Assembly: GCA_025594325.1 (NCBI GenBank)
Contig: JANHCV010000014.1
Span: 1,116,001 to 1,180,000, forward strand
Length of the DNA stretch: 64,000 nt
Source: Blastocladiella emersonii ATCC 22665
Taxonomy: Eukaryota; Fungi; Blastocladiomycota
Reading direction: 5' to 3'
In this document: one piece after another, positions 13,001-23,267 of the stretch
Layout of the letters: each line of letters starts with the position of its first letter
Position numbering within the stretch: the stretch's first letter is position 1
The notes under the pieces: generated by a model
Databases searched by the model: none
What the model was told of the DNA's origin: nothing
The model's input: the letters and a program-made list of their open reading frames with translations, nothing else
Position numbers and translations under genes: made by a program

Positions 13001-14796
13001 CTCAACGGTGGTGCTCAGCACTGACGTGTCGACAAACCCAAAGGAGCTTCTGCGACCTGACATTACCATTGATTACCTCGTTCCCGTGCACTTTGCAACG
13101 GGTTTTAGTCGAGTGCTTGAATGGAAGACGAAGGAAGCCGCTCGAGCCAAGCCTGAATCCATCAAGAAAAACATGCCTCCTGCTCTGCTTTTTGGGTCGC
13201 CCAACCGCCACGGACATCTTGCCTGGTGCCTTGGAGGCAGCGCGGACGGTGGTAGTGCTGGGGACGACGGACTGCATCTCGGAACTGTTTTTGCTTCTCT
13301 TACCAACGTTGTTGAGTCGGACGCGTACTACGTGGATCCTGCAACTTCGGAACTTGTGACAACGTCGCGTTTTTTGGTGCTTTGCCCGCGCAAGGTGTCC
13401 GATCCGCTTGTGTGGATTCCAGCCGCGACATTTGCTGCCGACCGGTCCCAGCACCACAACGTTGCGCGGCAACTTGTCCAATTTCCAACGGCCCATGGCG
13501 GCTGCACCGTCGTGGCTCGCCAGTACCTCGATGCCAAGTTCAATTCGCCCCTGGGTACGTCAACAGCTGCAGAATTCTGCAGTTATACACCGTGAGCTAA
13601 TTTTCGATTCGTGCCTTCATGCAGGTTCATCTCCGCACACCATGTGTGTCGCGCTCCAACCAGCTTCGCTTTCCGACCCCTCCAACCTTCCCCCAGTCGC
13701 CATTCCAGCGAGCTGTGACGACGGACTTGAGCTTTTGTACCTCATCACGGACCGCAACGGCTTTGTCAAAGCTCTCAACGTCATGGACACGGCCAGTGCT
13801 CAGGGTCATCTTGGAGTCCTCGAATGGCTTCGTGCCAGCAAACTCGAGGCCGATCATTCGAATGCAACCATGGATAAAGCATCCGCAAACAATCGCAGGG
13901 ACGTCCTTGATTGGTGGTTCACGCACAAATCCAAGCTGAAACTCAAGTACTCGAACGAGGCCATGGACGATGCCAGCGGCAACGGTCACACCGAGGTGCT
14001 TGATTGGTGGCTCATGCAACGCGGTGAGCTTGAGCTCAAGCACGGCGGACTCAAGTACTCTGAAATCGCTCTCGAACTTGCTAGCAGGAACGGCAAAATC
14101 GAATCCCTCAAGTGGTGGCTTCGCAATAAGTCAGATCTTGCTTTCCGCTACAACAATCGCGCCATGGACGCGGCAAGTGCAGCGGGCCAAACCGAAGTTC
14201 TTGATTGGTGGTGCGCCCACAGGAGCCAGCTTGATCATGGTCTCAAATTCACCGACTACGCCATCAATGAGGCCAGTGCCCGCAACCACGACCAAGTCCT
14301 TGACTGGTGGTTTGCGCGTTTGAGCGACCCGGACTTGGGTTTCAAGTATTCTGATCGCGCCATTGACGAGGCGAGCAAGCGCGGCCGCATCGAAGCTCTC
14401 AAGTGGTGGTTCGACCACCGCGACAAGCTCAAGCTGCTTTACACTGACAAGGCCATGGACAGTGCCAGCGGATACGGCCATCTTGAGATCCTGGACTTGT
14501 GGCTCGGCTCCAATCTCCCGCTTCGCTACACGGAGTCGGCCATGCACTCTGCTGCCAAGTATGGGCGCATTTCCGTCCTCAATTGGTGGCGGCAGTCGGG
14601 GCTCAAGCTCAAGTTCGCAGCGACCGAGCTTCAAAACTCGTCGTCCATGTCCGTCCGCAGATGGTACGCCAAGCACCTTGCGGAGCAACCTCAGCCAGAG
14701 GACCCTGCCGTCGACTACTTTACGTCCCGCGGCCGCAAGTGGCTGGCCAGTCGCAGCAACTCGAGTTACAGCGGGCCCAGTCGCTGGCGGACCTAG
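10092..14796 (+). CDS. ~1430-aa multidomain protein: Pro/Ala repeats, MLKL-NTD-like helical bundle, EF-hand, DM9-like repeats and 9 ankyrin-like repeats
   Basis: Exons 10092-10649, 10716-11570, 11631-11725, 11806-12592, 12659-12805, 12876-13554 and 13625-14796 are all GT..AG and phase-compatible (4293 nt, a multiple of 3). EF loop DEDQTNTISPKE spans a splice junction. Nine AMDxASxxGxxxVLDWW units. Confidence 0.7.
10291..10410 (+). repeat. Coding minisatellite, 4 x 30 bp (SAALPPAAGP)
   Basis: cttcggctgcccttccgcccgctgctggac-like units start at 10291, 10321, 10351 and 10381. Confidence 0.9.
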
Positions 14797-15292
14797 TTGC
14801 AGCGTATCGACGCCTTACGAATCGGACCGCGATTGATCGAGTCGCGGCAGGGCACGCTGGCAGGCAGGCTTGAGTGTCGATGTGGATGAATTTCGTGTTG
14901 TGTGTGATTGTTTTCGTTTTCATTTTTTGTTCAAATACTTTTCTTCGTCACATTTTCAAATTGGTTCCCTTGCGTCGTGTTCCGAGCCATTGCCGCTGAG
15001 ATCCGCGACAACGGGCTCCTTCTCCTGTATCTTCATATCACGGAACGAAAGGCAACGCTTACCTTTCGGCACAAGCTTGGTACAAATCCGAATGTTTCTC
15101 ACTGAGGGGAGGTGATTGAGGACTTGACTCAGGTCGGGGCGGGTCAGCGACGCGATGGTCACGCGCACGTGATGCCGTTCGCCGCCGCAGCTGGCCGCGT
15201 GGGCCGCCACCTGTGGCGCAGAGATCGCCGCAACACGAAGCTTCTTGCTCGTCTGCGATCCTCGCTCTCCCACAATAACGAATGATAAACAA

Positions 15293-16740
15293 ATGCTACG
15301 CGTACTTTTGCACTTGACATTTTTGTTTCTAGGCCTCGCCAAGGTCGCGATCGGCGGCGGCGGGCCTTCATCAAGCGACTTGGACCTGCCCGCGAGACTG
15401 GGCAACGTGACTGCGCTGCTCGTACCCAAGGGCGCCCTCAACCTCGGCACTTCCGGCGAGGCCGTGATCCTCGTACAGGGAAACGAGTCGGCCGTGCTTG
15501 ACTTTGGCGTCCCGTGGACCCTCAACTCGGCCGCGGCCGCTCTTCCGCTCTCATCTCGGATCAAGGCCAACTCGACCGCTGCTCCTGCCGCCCTTCGCAC
15601 GCTCAACTGGACGCTCTTCGGCACGGACGCTCGCCTCCTGCCGCACGCCTTCCCTGTCGCTGGCTCAGCTGCGGCCGATCGCATCCGCTTGTTCAGCACT
15701 ATCCCCGCCACGACCAGCAACAGCAGCGCCGGTGCTGTGCTTGACGGTCTTGACTACACCGCGGGATCGGCCAAGGTTACTTACGCTGCGACCGGTGGTG
15801 GCGGCGCAGCTCAGCCCGCATTCGACTGGGCGACCGTCAGCGCAACCAAGTCGGCGCGCTGGTCGTCGGCCGCTGCAGACAACACGGCTTACATTCTTGA
15901 CAAGAGAGGCGAGCTGTACTCGATCGATGCGGTGCGTCACTCAAACCAGTGCTGTAATCAGTCCTTGCTGACGGAATCATGCTCTAGGATGGCCGGATCA
16001 AACTCGTCCCCCTCAGCGACCCCAAGGCCGCACGTCCATCGCCTCGCAGAAACGGCTCTCTAACCCGTGTCGGCGCTTCAACTCTACTTCTTACAGGCGG
16101 CCACGACGGGCTCAAAACCCTTGGCGACATTTGGACCTTTGACCTGTCGCGCAACGAATGGTCGCTTTCGCGCTCGGTGATGTTCAAGGCGCGCGCCTTC
16201 CACCAGTCGGTCACGCACGATCCGTCCGGCGACGGCTCCAACATCTTTGCGATCTCGGTCGGCGGCGTCGATGGGTTTGGCGACACGGCTCCCCTGCCTG
16301 CCGAATGGTGCCTGCTCGGCAGCGATCGCGGCTCGTTCCTTGACATGAGTGGGTCGGCAAAGGCTGGACCTGGCACGACTGCCGTCGTCACTACACCGGC
16401 CAGCAAGGACGACGCGCGGGCGTACATGCTGCTCGCGGAGCGTGAACAGGTCAAGCTCGTTGCTCTCTACCCAAACCAGCAACGGAAACGCCTTGCCTTC
16501 GATTTGGCGGCGGGTAACAGCTTCAGTCGCCCAGTCAGCTATGCGGACGACCTTGAGCGCGAGCAACGGGAACGCGAGTCCAGCCAGTCCAACTTCCAGG
16601 GACTTCAAGAAGTCGTGTATGTGTTTTGTGGTGTCACGATGGTCGTGCCCTCCCTGCTCGCAACGTACACTTGCTGGAAGTGCGGCTGCTTGCGGCGCGA
16701 TAAGCTGCCAGGCAAACCCGGTGCGTCCGTCGCGGTCTGA
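15293..16740 (+). CDS. Type I membrane protein with signal peptide, a Kelch-like motif and a Cys-rich juxtamembrane tail (paralogue 1)
   Basis: MLRVLLHLTFLFLGLAKVAIG signal, GGHDGLKTLGDIWTFDLSRNEWS, TM followed by CWKCGC. Two introns are inferred between ~15933 and 16096; the boundaries are approximate. Confidence 0.7.
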
Positions 16741-16819
16741 TGGCATGTATGATCGGCGGGCGAGATAGAATAGACCCCCTTTGTGAACCAAAACCTGCTG
16801 TACATTCACCCACCCACAC

Positions 16820-18448
16820 TCAAAACACGCTCCCGAGCATCTCGAACCACGAGATAAGCGTCGCATCGCTCGCGACGTACGCGCGGAACTCGGGCTCCTC
16901 AATGTACCCCTTCTCGTCGCTGCCGTCGATCCCGTGGAACACGCGGTCGACGAGCTCGAGGATCGCCGCCTGCGAAATTTGCTCCATGATCGGCTGCACG
17001 CGGTAGCTCGCGGCCGCCGCCGCGTTCTCGCCGCTGAGGTCCATGGACATGAGCCGCGACGCGAGCGGGCGCGGGCCAACGGCGGCGGCGGAGTTGCGTG
17101 TGGGCGAGGTCGGGCGGCTACTCCATGGCCGGGAGCGCTGGGGCAGCGGACGCGACTGCTGCTGCCGCGGGGTGCGGACCCCGTCCTCGTCGTTATCGCT
17201 CGCAGACTCGGGATCCGCGACGTGCGGCGCGTCCGAGAACAGCGGGTGCGCGGGCGGTTCCTCGGAGATGGGGCTCGGAAGCGCGGACGAGAGGGCCGAG
17301 TGGAACCCGGTATCGATGCGGCCCGCCAACTGCTGCGGGCTGACATGGTGGTGGTGGTCGATGCGGCCCGTCATGGTGCGGAAGGGGACCCCGCGACCCG
17401 CCGGCGCGGGCCCGGATGCGCCGGGGTCGTCGCGCAGCTCGGCCTCCTCGTCCTCCTCGTCCTCCATGGCCTGAACCACGTCGCGGACGAGCTCCATGGA
17501 CAGGTGGAAGTAGGCCTTGAACATGGCGTGCAGCTCGGCGCGGGTGATGCGGCCGTCGCCGTCGAGGTCGTAGCCCTTAAAGGCGAAGGTAATCTTCTCC
17601 TCGGGAGCGCCCTTGGCGAGGACCGACATGCCCGCGGCAAACTCGGGAAAGGTAATGAACCCGTCGTTGTCGCGGTCAAAGAAGGTGAAGATGCGCTCGG
17701 TGATGAGGTTGCGCTCGAGGCCGAGCGGGCCGAGCGACTGGTCGTAGACGGTGCGCGAGATGCCGCGGGCGTCGGTGGCGAGCGACTTGAACTGGTCGAA
17801 GAGCGCGTCGAGCTCGGCGAGCGAGAAGTGCGTGATGAACTGCAGCTTGGCGGCGTCGGCCGACGCCAGGGAGTCGCCGGCGGGGCGGTTGCCCGGGTAC
17901 AGCGGGGCGGCGAGCTGGCACCCGGGCCGCTGGTACGGCGGCAGCGGGATGCGCAGCTTGAGGAAGACGTGGGTCGCGTCGTGCACGCCCTGCGACTCGC
18001 AGTCGGCGCACAGGTCGTAGTCGGCGCACTTGGTGCACTTGAACCGCACGCCGTGGATCTCCCTGGTTTTGTTTTCGCGGGTTAGTCCCTGCTCCCACAG
18101 CTACGGTCCATAGAGACGCAAACCGTACTTTCCGCAATGGTCACACCGGATCCCGGTATGTGCGACGGCGTCGGCGCGCGCCTCGTCCTCGGCGACGGCG
18201 TACAGCACGTCGAGCAGCGTGCGGCACTCGCACCCCTCGGCGGCGGCGTCGCACTCCTCGCCGTCGGCGTGGTCGGGGTGTTTGGTGCGTGCCCAGCGCG
18301 CGTACACCTTCTCAGGGGCTGGGTCCATGCCGTTGACCTCGCGCGGAGGGGTGGTGTGGTAGACGAGGCCGGCGGCGGCCAGCGCGGCGCCGGCGAGCGC
18401 CGAGGCGGCGACGTGGAAGGCGAGCATGGCGGGGCTGGTTGGTGACAT
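16820..18448 (-). CDS. ZZ-type zinc finger and EF-hand (NCS-1/recoverin-like) protein
   Basis: HTGIRCDHCG | IHGVRFKCTKCADYDLCADCE across intron 18063-18128. EF loops DRDNDGFITFPE and DLDGDGRITRAE. Confidence 0.9.
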
Positions 18449-18634
18449 GGTTTCGCTTAGTGATGCATGGAGTGGTTCATGGAGGGGAGGAGGGTTGATG
18501 AGGTCGCTGAGAGGAGAGCGCGGGCCGAACGCGGCGACGCGACCCTGGACTATGCTCGCCTCACTCCACCGTCGCCGAGTCGAGTCAGTTGCATGCGGAA
18601 TCGTAGTGTATTGGAGGCAAAACTGAGGGCGGCA

Positions 18635-20105
18635 TCAGAGACACTTTGTTTCCACGATTCGAGCGCCGTGCTCCTCGTAGTCCTTCTTAGAGACCCACAG
18701 CTGGTGGAAGGTGCCGAGCGAGGCGAGGATCGACCCGCCGAGCCACGCGCCAAATTTCTTCTCGGGGAGCCCCGCGCCGGAGATGAGCTTGACCTTGGCC
18801 TAGTGACGGTAGCGAGAGTAAGCACGCATCCGCAAAGCAGCGACGGGATCAGACGACGTACCCCGGGCTGGATGGCCGACAGCTCGTTGGCGATGCGCTC
18901 GGTGAACCCGGGCAGCTGGGCGGTGCCGCCGGTGCACACGAGGTTGGCGAGGAGGCCGGGCCGCAGGTCGGCGTCGGTGGCCTCGAGCGCGGACCGCAGC
19001 ATGGTCGGGATCGACGCGACGTTGGCGGCGGAGACGCCGGGCGACGGGATTATGTACTTTGCGGGCTGGAACAGGGCCTCGGGGACGCGGAACCGCTCGG
19101 CGACGAAGATGTTGTTGTAGCCGTCGGGGAACTCGTAGCCGCGGCCGGGCCCGAGCGAGGCCATGGCGTCGGGCGTGGGCTCGACAAAGGGCCGCTCCGA
19201 GGTGGCGCACACGGACGCCTTGAAGTCGTGGAAGGTGCGCATCAGCTGGTGGTGGTGGTAGGTCGGGTGGGTGTTGGGCCGGTCGCGGCGCACCACGGCG
19301 GCGGCCAGGCTGGTCGGCACCTGCTTCTTGCCCGCGATGAGGTACTGCGGGCAGATGTCGATCTTGTTGTACCCGAAGGTGAGGGCAGCCTGGTGCGAGA
19401 GGAACTCGCCGGCGTACGGCTGCTTGGCCACGGCCTTTTTCAGCGCGTACCCCTCGTGCACGGGGACCACGCTGGTGACGCCGCCGCCGCACTCGACGAC
19501 GAGCCCGGACCCCTTGCCCGCGGCAAACGTGGCGAGGACGGCCGACTTGGCGAGGTAGAAGGCGGGGAAGTCCATGGTCTCGAAGGCGAGCTCGGCGAGC
19601 TTCTCGCGCGCGTCGCGCGGGTTCCACGACGGCTCGACCATGAGCAGCGGGTGGTCCTGCGGGTCGACGCGCAGCGCGCGGCGGAACGTGTAGTTGAGCA
19701 GGTGCTCGAAGGCGTCCCAGTCGGTCACGACGCCCTCGGTCAGCGGGCTGCGCACCTCCATGTGCGGCCGCCAGTAGTTGCTCTCGTCCTCGCCCACGTA
19801 CCACTTGGCGGCGCCGCCCGAGCGCAGGCTGCCCGAGCTACCGGCAGCCTCGGCCTCGTCCATGGCCACGTCGCCGTTTGCGTCGGGCCCCGCACTGCTG
19901 CCGGGCGTGTAGCCGACGGTGGAGGGGAAGTAGGCGTCGGGCGTGTCCTCGCCGGCGTACCCGGCCTTGGTCCACGTCGACCCGACGTCGAGGACGAGCG
20001 CACCAACCTCGTCTACGCGGTTGCGGGATTGGGGTTGAGGTCAGGGCCGGCGTTCCATTGCTCCATGGCGGGTCGATGCATACCACCGCCGTAAGTGGCT
20101 GCCAT
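18635..20105 (-). CDS. ARP4: Actin-related protein 4 (ACTL6/Arp4)
   Basis: MAATYGG|[43 protein letters not shown]...[35 protein letters not shown]. Two short introns. Confidence 0.92.
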
Positions 20106-20318
20106 GGTTTCGTGTGGTACAGGGTGGTCGTTTGCACCGAGTTGCTGCTCAGGCGCGAGGGCGGGGAGTCGTCGTCGATGGGCGGCAGGGGGGCGCGGCC
20201 GGCCGAGCGACCGGCGGCCGCGGCAGAGCGCGTGCGCCCGCCGGCGTGACCGCGCGAGTCGCTTCTCCTCGCCTCTCGTCCGCTCTCCCCTCGCTCTCTC
20301 GAGCCGCATGCTAAACAG

Positions 20319-21766
20319 ATGGAACCACCAAATGAATCAGACGTCGTGCGGCACCAGCGCGCCATCCTGAACAACATCCGCGGCGGACCGGGCATCCCGC
20401 TCGCGGGCCTGGACGAGCAGCGCGGGTACGGCCCTGTCGCCGTCGTCCCCCGACCCTGCCCGATCCCTGACGCCGCACCGAGTCCGTAGGGAGCTCATGC
20501 GCGTCCTCGAGCGCACCGTGGTCCACGGCGAGAGCAACTCGCTGCTCCTGCTCGGCCCGCACGGCGCGGGCAAGTCGGCCGTCCGTTTTCCTGCGATCTC
20601 CGCTCCCTCGCAGCTGCTGACGGCCACCACGAGTAGCTCCTGACGTCGGTCCTGCGCGACATCGACGCGTTCCCCGCGAAACCGGCCTACCGCGTGCTCA
20701 AGCTGCACGGGCTCGTCCACGCGGATGAGAAGGCGGCCTTCCGCGACCTCGCCGCCCAGCTGTCGCTCGCCGACGCCTACGAGGCCCAGTCCTTTGTACG
20801 ATTGCTCTCCGTACTACGCGAACCCGATTCTGACCCGCACGGTGTAGTCGTCCAACGCCGACGCGCTCGCGTACCTCCTACGCACCCTGCGGTCCGGGTC
20901 CGACGAGTCGACGCCGCTGGTAGTGGTACTCGACGCCTTTGACGAGTTCACCCTGCACCCGCGCCAGACGCTGCTCTACACGCTGCTCGACGCCGTCCAG
21001 GGCCAGCAGAACGCCATGGCCGTCATCGGCATGTCGACGCGACTGGTGCGCACTTTTAGTTACCTCGATCGGGCCACACTAACACCTCGGAGTGTAGGAC
21101 GTGGTCAGCAACCTCGAGAAACGTGTACGCTCGCGCTTCTCGCACCGCGTGCAGGTCGTGTCACCGATCGCCACCCGTGACGCATACCTCGCCGCCGCGG
21201 CCGCGCTGCTCGACCACGACGCCGTGACCGAGGACCCAGCCTTCACTGAGATTGCCGAGACCGTGTTCACGCTGACCGCGAGCCTGCACGATCTCGCCGC
21301 GATCGCGACGCCCGCGACCTTCCACCTCTCACCCACCTCGCCGTCGCTCTCGCTCACGCACCTGACCGCAGCCTTCAACGAGTGGCTACGGCTCAACGCG
21401 CCATCGACGCACTGGCTGACGTACCTGCACCTCGCCCTCCTCGCCGCCTCGCGCGTCCTCGCGTCCCGCGGCCGCCCCGCCGCCACCTTCGAGATGCTGT
21501 ACGACGCTTACGCCGACTTCAGCCGCCGCCAGGCCGTCGGCGCCGCGCCGCTCGCGGTCCGCCGGCCCGTCGCGTTCCACGCCTTCGGGGAGCTCGTTGT
21601 CCACGGGTTCCTCGCCGTCACGTCGGGAGGCAGTGGTGGTGGGGCGGCGGGGACCGGGTTCTTGCGCGAGTTCACGGTCGTCACGCTCGCGGTCCCGCCG
21701 CGCGTCGTAGCCGCTGTCGTCGAAGAGCACGCGTGTACGACGCCGGCGCTGGCAAAGTGGATGTAG
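20319..21766 (+). CDS. ORC4: Origin recognition complex subunit 4
   Basis: LERTVVHGESNSLLLLGPHGAGKS (Walker A), VLDAFDEFTLHPRQTLLYTLLD, LEKRVRSRFSHR and a C-terminal winged-helix-like region. About 4 short introns. Confidence 0.9.
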
Positions 21767-21996
21767 TATACACGCGTTGAAATGATCTGCCAAACGACGC
21801 TGATGCGTGCCGTGATGATCAGTGCTTCCCAAGGCGGGCAACTATTTCTCGCATCGCGCCCACGTTGGCCTCGAACGCCGGACGTTTTTTTGCGCGACGC
21901 CACAGCGATCGGCCGCTCAGCGGCAGCACGCACTGGGCGGCGCCTTGGAACTCGCCGAGACCCTTCCTCCCTTCTCCCTCGGTTCTGCGGTCAAAG

Positions 21997-22622
21997 ATGA
22001 AGCGAATGAAACTCTTGCCTGGTCTGCTCGCCTTGTTGTGCCTCCTTCTCAGCGGCGTATTTGCTCAGAACGCGACCGGCGGCAGCGTCAGCTCTTTGAC
22101 CAGCAATGACTCTGCGCAGTGGCCGCGCGGCATGGCGCCTGGGCTCACCGACGTGTCTGCCCTTCTCGTGCCCAAGGGCGCCCTCAACCTCGGCACGACC
22201 GGCGAGGCCATGATCCTCGTGCAGGGCAACGAGTCGGCCGTGCTTGACTTTGGCATCCCGTGGGCCCTCAACTCGACCGCGGCCGCACTTCCGCGCACGG
22301 CCCGGTCCGAAAACAGCTCGACCGCCCCTCCGCCAACTTTCCGTCCGCTGAACTGGACGCTTGGTGCCGCTGGTTCAGGCGCGCGGCTTCTGCCGCACTC
22401 GTTCCCCGTCATTGGTTCAGCAGTACCCGATCACGTTCGCTTGCCGATAAGTCGCAGGACACTGAGAGCGGGCAGGACCTGCGCGGCCTCGGAAACGCCG
22501 TGTACCTGTTTGGCGGTATCTTCCTGTTTGCCCTCGTCGCAATCCTAGCGTGTATCTGTTGGATGTGTGGTTGTTGCCGGCGCAAAAAGATACCGAGTAA
22601 ACCCGCCGGATCCGTCGCCTGA
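21997..22622 (+). pseudogene. Internally deleted copy of the Kelch-motif membrane gene (paralogue 2)
   Basis: The N-terminus matches paralogues 1 and 3 (VSALLVPKGALNLGTTGEAMILVQGNESAVLDFG). At ~22441 the sequence jumps, out of frame, to the TM/CWMCGC tail; roughly 0.9 kb including the Kelch motif is missing. Confidence 0.75.
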
Positions 22623-22689
22623 TGCCGTTTGTGATGGGGAGGCGAGAATAGACAGAGCAGTCTCGTTTGTGTTCCAAACTGATGTATCC

Positions 22690-23040
22690 AGAACCTGCCC
22701 GCACCGGACGCTGGTCCTGCACGCCTTCAGTCGTTGTACAGTACCAGCAGAACGACATGTCCGCCATTGGCTTATCCATGCGCCTGGCACACTCTCAAGG
22801 TCCATCTGAGTTCTTACCGGTACATGCCATAGCCCCAAGGAGTAGAACTGTAAGTAACTTCGAGAAACGTGTGTGCTCGCGCTTCCCGCACCGCGTGCAG
22901 GTCGTGTCGCCCATTGCCACCCACGATGCGCACCTAGCCGCCGCGGCCGCAACACTCGACCACGAACGCCGTGAAGGAGGACTCGGAGTTTGCTAAGCTC
23001 GCCGAGACGGCGTTCAAGCCGACCGCGAGCCTGCGCAATT
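22690..23040 (+). pseudogene. Degenerate ORC4 fragment (middle of the gene, intron region retained)
   Basis: QQNDMSAIGLSMRL vs QQNAMAVIGMSTRL, and NFEKRVCSRFPHRVQVVSPIATHDAHLAAAAA vs NLEKRVRSRFSHRVQVVSPIATRDAYLAAAAA. Corresponds to ~20930-21295. Confidence 0.85.
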
Positions 23041-23267
23041 TTACAATTAAATGACATCTAGTTTTACTTTCAGCCATTTTGACCAAAAGGGGAGAGTTGG
23101 AAGTAGCGTCCACGTTCAACAAGCAGGGGTTGCTGGCACAAGTAGGCGCCCGCGACGCGACGCGACGCGCCACAGCGTGACTAGCGCACAGAGCCCCCCG
23201 GGGAACCGCCGCGCGCCGATCTCTTCCCTGTTTCCGGCCTCACGCACCGCATAACCACCAGTCAACC

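Noticed and set aside
23100-23267. Possible RFX X-box upstream of TMEM67 (GTTGCTGGCAC)
   Set aside because: Only a half-site is present; it lacks the RGYAAC partner.
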